DNA of 17,262 nucleotides from a virus (Duplodnaviria; Heunggongvirae; Uroviricota; Caudoviricetes): IMG/VR virus record IMGVR_UViG_2531839193_000017; one strand, 5' to 3'. Shown piece by piece: positions 8,896 to 17,262 of this stretch (position 1 is its first letter; each line of letters starts with the position of its first letter). The notes under the pieces were generated by a model. It saw only the letters and a program-made list of their open reading frames with translations, ran no database searches and was not told where the DNA came from. The position numbers and the translations under genes were made by a program.

Positions 8896-9273
8896 ATGAC
8901 CAACAAAGAAAACAAAGATAAATATATTAACAAGTTCAAGAAAGAGCTTTCAAAATATATACAACCAACTGCTGGAGTGGACATTCAATTATTTAACTCT
9001 AAGGATGGTGGTGGTGTAATTAAAGCCACTTTGAATAGAAGTGGAAAAAGAAAATCATCTATTGCTGGTAATTTTACTAAATTAGGTGAGGCAATTACCT
9101 CGAGTGGGCAGAGGGTTTTTGGTGGTGATCTATCAAATGTGAATTTTTACGGAACAAATACGATTTTTGATGGAGATACAATATTTTTAATTAAATCACC
9201 TGATTCAGAGGAGTGGTCATCACAAAAAGCTTCCAAAGACGTAGAGGGCATCGTATTTGGAGGGAAAAAATGA
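8896..9273 (+). CDS. hypothetical soluble protein, Lys/Gly-rich, AT-rich orphan gene (cassette gene 1)
   Basis: 125-aa ORF with no hydrophobic segment and no recognised family; markedly AT-rich compared with neighbouring prophage genes. Its stop overlaps the next gene's ATG (ATGA at 9270-9273). Confidence 0.5.
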   Translation: MTNKENKDKYINKFKKELSKYIQPTAGVDIQLFNSKDGGGVIKATLNRSGKRKSSIAGNFTKLGEAITSSGQRVFGGDLSNVNFYGTNTIFDGDTIFLIKSPDSEEWSSQKASKDVEGIVFGGKK

Positions 9274-9698
9274 TTAACATTACTACTAAGGATGGCACTC
9301 AAGTCAGTGGTGAAGTAAGAGATCTAGTAATTCTTCTTGAAACTGATGGAAAAACGGTGTCTGATTATTTGCAGCCAATCCCTCCCAAAAAAGATACACA
9401 CTGGAGCATGATTTTCATTCCGGTAGCAATTTATATACTACTTAATCTTGTATACATTATTGCTCACCCATTATTTCCTGAAAAATATCTAAAAACATCA
9501 ACATCTATATTTCTATTCATTTCCTTCATATTAAGTGCAATAGTAGCATATTTTGTTTTCCATAAGCATAAATCTGCCACTCTATCCATATGCAGCTTAG
9601 TGTTCTTAGTGTTAATTGTAGGTGCTAACGTAGGGTTTATCAGTTACAGCGACCTAACACAAAAAGCGACGCAAAAATTAGATAGTTTGTCTAAATAA
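9270..9698 (+). CDS. hypothetical small membrane protein, three predicted transmembrane helices (cassette gene 2)
   Basis: ATG at 9270 is preceded by GGAGGG five nt upstream. A hydrophilic N-terminal part of about 45 aa is followed by IFIPVAIYILLNLVYIIAHPLF, IFLFISFILSAIVAYFVF and ICSLVFLVLIVGANVGFISY. AT-rich; no recognised family. Confidence 0.5.
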   Translation: MINITTKDGTQVSGEVRDLVILLETDGKTVSDYLQPIPPKKDTHWSMIFIPVAIYILLNLVYIIAHPLFPEKYLKTSTSIFLFISFILSAIVAYFVFHKHKSATLSICSLVFLVLIVGANVGFISYSDLTQKATQKLDSLSK

Positions 9699-9860
9699 TT
9701 ATGTTGCCATGCGAAGTATGCATGGCTGCATGTCTGCCTTCCATTTAAAATGGGCTAAGACCTATAACCCTAAATATTATTCTTTATTATCTTCTTTACC
9801 ACTTCGGTGATGCTGCCAACTTACTGATTTAGTGTATGATGGTGTTTTTGAGGTGCTCCA

Positions 9861-10036
9861 GTGGCTTCTGTTTCTATCAGCTGTCCCTCCTGTTCAGCTA
9901 CTGACGGGGTGGTGCGTAACGGCAAAAGCACTGCCGGACATCAGCGCTATCTCTGCTCTCACTGCCGTAAAACATGGCAACTGCAGTTCACTTACACCGC
10001 TTCTCAACCCGGTACGCACCAGAAAATCATTGATAT
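9861..10036 (+). pseudogene. insA: IS1 insA truncated by the IS21-like insertion
   Basis: InsA translation is canonical up to ...HQKIID and then reads into the inserted element. Confidence 0.8.
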
Positions 10037-10137
10037 TGTCAGCGCCAGTGATATAAGACGGTAATTCGCCATTTGGATTGTCCGCTCCACCCAACATGTT
10101 GTTTCCTTAAGGTTCTCACACCAGAAAGGACATCAAC

Positions 10138-12107
<1,970 letters not shown>

Positions 12108-12188
12108 CGAAAGTATTTAGCGGGCATGAAAATGGCAAATAACGGTCAAACATCGTGGCGTTGACAATATGGCCATGAATGGCGTTGG

Positions 12189-12692
12189 ATGCCGGGCAAC
12201 TGCACGCATTATGGGCGTTGGCCTCAACACGATTTTACGTCACTTAAAAAACTCAGGCCGCAGTCGGTAACCTCGCGCATACAGCCGGGCAGTGACGTCA
12301 TCGTCTGCGCGGAAATGGACGAACAGTGGGGCTATGTCGGGGCTAAATCGCGCCAGCGCTGGCTGTTTTACGCGTATGACAGTCTCCGGAAGACGGTTGT
12401 TGCGCACGTATTCGGTGAACGCACTATGGCGACGCTGGGGCGTCTTATGAGCCTGCTGTCACCCTTTGACGTGGTGATATGGATGACGGATGGCTGGCCG
12501 CTGTATGAATCCCGCCTGAAGGGAAAGCTGCACGTAATCAGCAAGCGATATACGCAGCGAATTGAGCGGCATAACCTGAATCTGAGGCAGCACCTGACAC
12601 GGCTGGGACGGAAGTCGCTGTCGTTCTCAAAATCGGTGGAGCTGCATGACAAAGTCATCGGGCATTATCTGAACATAAAACACTATCAATAA
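12189..12692 (+). CDS. insB: IS1 InsB reading frame (copy 2)
   Basis: 167-aa ORF identical to the copy 1 InsB except for a substitution (…RQHLTRLG…). Confidence 0.8.
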   Translation: MPGNCTHYGRWPQHDFTSLKKLRPQSVTSRIQPGSDVIVCAEMDEQWGYVGAKSRQRWLFYAYDSLRKTVVAHVFGERTMATLGRLMSLLSPFDVVIWMTDGWPLYESRLKGKLHVISKRYTQRIERHNLNLRQHLTRLGRKSLSFSKSVELHDKVIGHYLNIKHYQ

Positions 12693-12707
12693 GTTGGAGT
12701 CATTACC

Positions 12708-12716
12708 CGCTTGCAG
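12708..12716. repeat. 9-bp IS1 target-site copy CGCTTGCAG (partner is inverted at 17043-17051)
   Basis: Directly abuts the right terminus of IS1 copy 2; its reverse complement CTGCAAGCG abuts IS1 copy 3 at 17043-17051. Confidence 0.8.
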
Positions 12717-12769
12717 TAACGGCGAAAGGGGCAATGACAGCGCTGCCATGTCGACAAGAACTGGAATAG
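12708..12769 (+). pseudogene. cscK: fructokinase CscK, 3'-terminal fragment (last ~20 codons) separated from the rest of the gene
   Basis: Reads (A)LAVTAKGAMTALPCRQELE then stop, continuing the frame of the cscK body that ends ...RCGALA at 17043 on the opposite strand. Confidence 0.75.
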
Positions 12770-12840
12770 TGAGAAGTAAACGGCGAAGTCGCTCTTATCT
12801 CTAAATAGGACGTGAATTTTTTAACGACAGGTAGGTAATT

Positions 12841-14086
12841 ATGGCACTGAATATTCCATTCAGAAATGCGTACTATCGTTTTGCATCCAGTTACTCATTT
12901 CTCTTTTTATTTCCTGGTCGCTGTGGTGGTCGTTATACGCTATTTGGCTGAAAGGACATCTAGGGTTGACAGGGACGGAATTAGGTACACTTTATTCGGT
13001 CAACCAGTTTACCAGCATTCTATTTATGATGTTCTACGGCATCGTTCAGGATAAACTCGGTCTGAAGAAACCGCTCATCTGGTGTATGAGTTTCATCCTG
13101 GTCTTGACCGGACCGTTTATGATTTACGTTTATGAACCGTTACTGCAAAGCAATTTTTCTGTAGGTCTAATTCTGGGAGCGCTCTTTTTTGGCCTGGGGT
13201 ATCTGGCGGGATGCGGTTTGCTTGACAGCTTCACCGAAAAAATGGCGCGAAATTTTCATTTCGAATATGGAACAGCGCGCGCCTGGGGATCTTTTGGCTA
13301 TGCTATTGGCGCGTTCTTTGCCGGCATATTTTTTAGTATCAGTCCCCATATCAACTTCTGGTTGGTCTCGCTATTTGGCGCTGTATTTATGATGATCAAC
13401 ATGTGTTTTAAAGATAAGGATCACCAGTGCGTAGCGGCGGATGCGGGAGGGGTAAAAAAGAGGATTTTATCGCAGTTTTCAAGGATCGAAACTTCTGGGT
13501 TTTCGTCATATTTATTGTGGGGACGTGGTCTTTCTATAACATTTTTGATCAACAACTTTTTCCTGTCTTTTATGCAGGTTTATTCGAATCACACGATGTA
13601 GGAACGCGCCTGTATGGTTATCTCAACTCATTCCAGGTGGTACTCGAAGCGCTATGCATGGCGATTATTCCTTTCTTTGTGAATCGGGTAGGGCCAAAAA
13701 ATGCATTACTTATCGGTGTTGTGATTATGGCGTTGCGTATCCTTTCCTGCGCGCTGTTCGTTAACCCCTGGATTATTTCATTAGTGAAGCTGTTACATGC
13801 CATTGAGGTTCCACTTTGTGTCATATCCGTCTTCAAATACAGCGTGGCAAATTTTGATAAGCGCCTGTCGTCGACGATCTTTCTGATTGGTTTTCAAATT
13901 GCCAGTTCGCTTGGGATTGTGCTGCTTTCAACGCCGACTGGGATACTCTTTGACCACACAGGCTACCAGACAGTTTTCTTCGCAATTTCGGGTATTGTCT
14001 GCCTAATGTTGCTATTTGGCATTTTCTTCCTGAGTAAAAAACGCGAGCAAATAGTTATGGAAACGCCTGTACCTTCAGCAATATAG
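12841..14086 (+). pseudogene. cscB: sucrose:H+ symporter CscB (MFS permease) with two -1 frameshifts
   Basis: ATG at 12841 follows an AGGTAGG SD. The CscB sequence (MALNIPFRNAYYRFASSYSFLF... to ...KKREQIVMETPVPSAI) is spread over three frames, changing at the T-run 12904-12908 and the A-run 13454-13459. Restoring one base at each site gives a single 415-aa ORF. Confidence 0.8.
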
Positions 14087-14526
14087 ACGTAAACTTTTCC
14101 GGTTGTTGTCGATATCTCCCTATCCCTCAACCGGAAAATAATAATACTAAAGTGCTTAGCCCGGCTAATAATCACCTAATCCAAACGCCTCATTCATGTT
14201 CTGGTACAGTCGCTCAAATGTACTTCAGATGCGCGGTTCGCTGATTTCCAGGACATTGTCGTCATTCAGCGACCTGTCCCGTGTATCACGGTCCTGCGAA
14301 TTCATCAAGGAATGCATTGCGGAGTGAAGTATCGAGTCACGCCATATTTCGCTATCAGGATTCTGTGTGATGGTTACATCGCCCGGCCCAGGGCTGTTTA
14401 GTCATCAGCGCTTTCTGACAGTGCTGAGATTTCAACCTGTTGCAGTAAAAATGAGTAGATATAAGGCAAGTGTGCTGCCAAACCCATCTTTTACGGGGTG
14501 AAGGTAGATTTCGTTTGAAGGGTATC

Positions 14527-14541
14527 TGGTGTCCCCTGCAG
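14527..14541 (-). other. prophage attachment core: 15-nt copy of a tRNA 3' end (argW-like, ...CTGCAGGGGACACCA), attR-type
   Basis: The reverse complement of 14527-14541 is CTGCAGGGGACACCA, which I recall as the acceptor 3' strand plus CCA of tRNA-Arg(CCU). No T-arm is upstream, so it is an att repeat and not a tRNA gene. Confidence 0.55.
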
Positions 14542-14614
14542 ACATCTACTTGAGGCGGCAGGGGATTGATTGGAATGCTGTTTTTTAGATTTGAAAAATA
14601 TTTTACCCGCTATT

Positions 14615-14815
14615 TTACCCATTGGCGCGGCTTAAGAGCTTATTTTTGAATTCACAATGGTCACGATATAACCATCTTGCTCGTCCGTGGATAACTTTGG
14701 CTTTAGGCAGGTCGCCGGACTTAATCCGGTCATAGATGAAGGTCTTACCGAAGCCAGTATCAGCCATGATGAATTTCAAATCAACCAGTGAATCAGGTTG
14801 TAGTTCGTGTTGCAT
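14615..14815 (-). CDS. torI: TorI-like excisionase/recombination directionality factor (KplE1/CPS-53 prophage type)
   Basis: 66-aa ORF MQHELQPDSLVDLKFIMADTGFGKTFIYDRIKSGDLPKAKVIHGRARWLYRDHCEFKNKLLSRANG, matching TorI as I recall it; lies next to the att core. Confidence 0.75.
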   Translation of the reverse strand: MQHELQPDSLVDLKFIMADTGFGKTFIYDRIKSGDLPKAKVIHGRARWLYRDHCEFKNKLLSRANG

Positions 14816-14937
14816 GAGTGCTATCTCCGAATATGGAATCGAACCTGCAAATCAGGCAATAAAAAGCCGCATTGATGCAGCAATGGTAGGTCTGGATATC
14901 TTGAGAAATGAACAGGCCTCATCGAGTGTGAGGCGGG

Positions 14938-15282
14938 TTAGTCCTTGCGTAGCTCGCTGATTCTTCTGTAAGTCTCTGGTGCTTTGTTCCCGTACGTCTT
15001 CATTTCAGACTTCAACAGAGCAACGAGTGAATCCCATTCGTTGAGGATTCCTTTGAATGCCGGAACGCGCTTTGCAACCTTGTCGAATGAATCTCTGATT
15101 TCTGGAATCTGCTCAACAAGTGCAACGCATCGCCGAAAGTCTGCTGCGTCATGGGGAGCGCCGAAGTGATGACCATAGATATTCTTTTTCAGGCCACATG
15201 CGATTGAGGCAAGAGTTGCGCTACTGATGCCGACATCGCCAGTTGATTGCCATTTCAAAACCTTCATAGCCAAATCTGACAT
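14938..15282 (-). CDS. hypothetical prophage protein
   Basis: 114-aa ORF with a GGAGA SD about 7 nt upstream of the ATG at 15282; no family recognised. Confidence 0.45.
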   Translation of the reverse strand: MSDLAMKVLKWQSTGDVGISSATLASIACGLKKNIYGHHFGAPHDAADFRRCVALVEQIPEIRDSFDKVAKRVPAFKGILNEWDSLVALLKSEMKTYGNKAPETYRRISELRKD

Positions 15283-15523
15283 TTCTTGTCTCCATAAAAC
15301 AAAACTCGCCGTAGCGAGCTCAGATAAAAGAAATCCCCGTCAGTGCGAGGATGCTGTTCATTGCTGCTATACACTTTTTTGCTCTCAACGTAAGCGGTAG
15401 CCCATTCTGTTGGGTTGGTCAGTTGCTTTTAGGAAATGCTCTTTACCCCTTAAACGTCGGCTGAAAGAGCTAAAATCCATGCAAAAAATTTACGCAATTT
15501 TGTGTATTATTGTGCAGTAAGTA

Positions 15524-16126
15524 ATGAGCTATTTTCTGTGCAAAAAATGGATGATAAATTTGTCCGGGGCAGGAAAAATTTTATGGGCGCTAAACATGAA
15601 AAAAGATTCGTATCCTTATTTGATTTGCATGACAGTTTCAGGGCTGATCTTTATTTTCCTTTTCTTCTGGTGGCGGGCAGATATCTACAGGGTCACGTTT
15701 CTTAATCAGAGTATATCCCACTATTACATTCTGTTTAGCATGGGAATAGCTTTTCTGTTATCTCTGTTTTGGGTTAAGAAGGGGATAGTAAAACAAAGCG
15801 GCTGGAAGAGTCTGTCAGCATACCTTAAGGTTTATGCAGGGATATGCATATTTTCTGGATTTTTTCTGATTATACCCCTTACAACACTAACTTATTTTTT
15901 GCCTGGAGAGACATCGTCTTATGTTGCACCGTATCGGTATACTTCCGGTAGTTCAAAAAGTTGTTCTGGAGCTGAGGTGGATGACCCCGATCTACATGAG
16001 AATATTCGCATTTGCTATCCGTATGGCAATTATGAGTACGATAATATTATCTATGTTGAAAAGAAAATTAATACATTAGGTGCGGTAGTGACATATGCAC
16101 AGACCGCGCGTGATGATACTGAATGA
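15524..16126 (+). CDS. hypothetical membrane protein with Cys-containing C-terminal domain; start uncertain (alternative ATG at 15596)
   Basis: AT-rich ORF with hydrophobic helices (YLICMTVSGLIFIFLFFWW, YYILFSMGIAFLLSLFWV, VYAGICIFSGFFLIIPLTTLTYFL) followed by a hydrophilic domain of about 70 aa (…SSKSCSGAEVDDPDLHENIRICYPYGNYEYDNIIY…). Divergent from the 114-aa ORF. Confidence 0.4.
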   Translation: MSYFLCKKWMINLSGAGKILWALNMKKDSYPYLICMTVSGLIFIFLFFWWRADIYRVTFLNQSISHYYILFSMGIAFLLSLFWVKKGIVKQSGWKSLSAYLKVYAGICIFSGFFLIIPLTTLTYFLPGETSSYVAPYRYTSGSSKSCSGAEVDDPDLHENIRICYPYGNYEYDNIIYVEKKINTLGAVVTYAQTARDDTE

Positions 16127-16160
16127 GATAGTATATAGCGGGCAAGTTTTAGTTAATTTA

Positions 16161-16184
16161 TCGAGGTAATATAATTTACCTCGA
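16161..16184 (+). terminator. possible terminator hairpin after the membrane-protein gene
   Basis: TCGAGGTAA-TATAAT-TTACCTCGA forms a perfect 9-bp stem, followed by a U-containing but imperfect tract (CTCGTTTATTC). Confidence 0.3.
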
Positions 16185-16289
16185 CTCGTTTATTCTGGTA
16201 TGAATATTTCGCTTTACGATCGATTTTTATCTGATGATATCATGCGGTTTTCATATACTGACTTACTGTCTTTTGGTAATGACTCCAAC

Positions 16290-16793
16290 TTATTGATAGT
16301 GTTTTATGTTCAGATAATGCCCGATGACTTTGTCATGCAGCTCCACCGATTTTGAGAACGACAGCGACTTCCGTCCCAGCCGTGCCAGGTGCTGCCTCAG
16401 ATTCAGGTTATGCCGCTCAATTCGCTGCGTATATCGCTTGCTGATTACGTGCAGCTTTCCCTTCAGGCGGGATTCATACAGCGGCCAGCCATCCGTCATC
16501 CATATCACCACGTCAAAGGGTGACAGCAGGCTCATAAGACGCCCCAGCGTCGCCATAGTGCGTTCACCGAATACGTGCGCAACAACCGTCTTCCGGAGAC
16601 TGTCATACGCGTAAAACAGCCAGCGCTGGCGCGATTTAGCCCCGACATAGCCCCACTGTTCGTCCATTTCCGCGCAGACGATGACGTCACTGCCCGGCTG
16701 TATGCGCGAGGTTACCGACTGCGGCCTGAGTTTTTTAAGTGACGTAAAATCGTGTTGAGGCCAACGCCCATAATGCGTGCAGTTGCCCGGCAT
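16290..16793 (-). CDS. insB: IS1 InsB reading frame (copy 3)
   Basis: 167-aa ORF identical to the copy 1 InsB. Confidence 0.85.
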
Positions 16794-16987
16794 CCAACGC
16801 CATTCATGGCCATATCAATGATTTTCTGGTGCGTACCGGGTTGAGAAGCGGTGTAAGTGAACTGCAGTTGCCATGTTTTACGGCAGTGAGAGCAGAGATA
16901 GCGCTGATGTCCGGCAGTGCTTTTGCCGTTACGCACCACCCCGTCAGTAGCTGAACAGGAGGGACAGCTGATAGAAACAGAAGCCAC
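16712..16987 (-). CDS. insA: IS1 InsA (copy 3)
   Basis: 91-aa canonical InsA. Confidence 0.9.
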
Positions 16988-17042
16988 TGGAGCACCTCAA
17001 AAACACCATCATACACTAAATCAGTAAGTTGGCAGCATCACC

Positions 17043-17051
17043 CTGCAAGCG
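17043..17051. repeat. 9-bp IS1 target-site copy CTGCAAGCG (inverted partner of 12708-12716)
   Basis: Abuts the IRL end of IS1 copy 3 and is the reverse complement of the 9 bp at 12708-12716. Confidence 0.8.
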
Positions 17052-17262
17052 CTCCGCAACGTTGAGCGAGATCGATAATTCGTCGCATTTCTCTCTCATC
17101 TGTAGATAATCCCGTAGAGGACAGACCTGTGAGTAACCCGGCAACGAACGCATCTCCCGCCCCCGTGCTATCGACACAATTCACAGACATTCCAGCAAAA
17201 TGGTGAACTTGTCCTCGATAACAGACCACCACCCCTTCTGCACCTTTAGTCACCAACAGCAT
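17043..17262 (-). pseudogene. cscK: fructokinase CscK (PfkB family), main body truncated by IS1; continues beyond the window
   Basis: Translation ...MLLVTKGAEGVVVCYRGQVHHFAGMSVNCVDSTGAGDAFVAGLLTGLSSTGL...AQRCGALA carries the PfkB C-terminal motif DSTGAGDAF; the frame runs into IS1 at 17042. Confidence 0.8.

Larger units (their letters stand above)
16275..17042 (-). mobile_element. IS1, copy 3 (768 bp), inverted relative to copies 1 and 2, inserted in cscK
   Basis: Termini GGTAATGACTCCAACTT... at 16275 and ...ATCAGTAAGTTGGCAGCATCACC ending at 17042; contains insA and insB on the minus strand. Confidence 0.9.

Noticed and set aside
12866-13054. 62-aa ORF treated as a separate gene at the cscB 5' end
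   Set aside because: It is an out-of-frame reading across the cscB frameshift region, not an independent gene.
13963-14175. 70-aa minus-strand ORF overlapping the cscB 3' end
   Set aside because: Antisense to the permease C-terminus with no independent support.
14527-14541. A complete tRNA gene at the att core
   Set aside because: Only the last 15 nt of a tRNA are present; the upstream sequence lacks T-arm, anticodon and D-arm pairing.
15502-15705. 67-aa ORF as an independent gene upstream of the membrane protein
   Set aside because: Overlaps the longer membrane-protein ORF in another frame; kept only as a caveat about that gene's start or a possible frameshift.

Overview
This window is an IS-riddled accessory region of an Escherichia/Shigella-type chromosome; all calls rest on reading the sequence and recalled protein families, with no database search run. 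Its left half (260-8631) is the late region of a DLP12-like lambdoid prophage remnant on the minus strand: ninB-ninE-ybcO-rusA-ylcG-quuD, an intact nmpC-type porin gene on the plus strand, then the lysis cassette essD-rrrD-Rz/Rz1. The lysis cassette is hit three times: an IS1 upstream of the holin, an IS2 with TTAAC target duplication inside the lysozyme gene, and a 1-nt frameshift that collapses the Rz/Rz1 spanin pair. The window holds three IS1 copies (one interrupted by a nested IS21-like element), one complete and one edge-truncated IS2. The right half carries sucrose-locus fragments (cscK split by IS1 with an inversion signature, cscB frameshifted twice) and the end of a KplE1/CPS-53-like prophage (tRNA 3'-end att core, torI). 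Two AT-rich orphan cassettes encoding unrecognised small membrane proteins (8896-9698 and 14938-16126) are the best candidates for an undescribed function. No rRNA, intact tRNA or CRISPR array was seen. Several inactivating indels sit in short homopolymer runs, so sequencing error is a live alternative to real decay.
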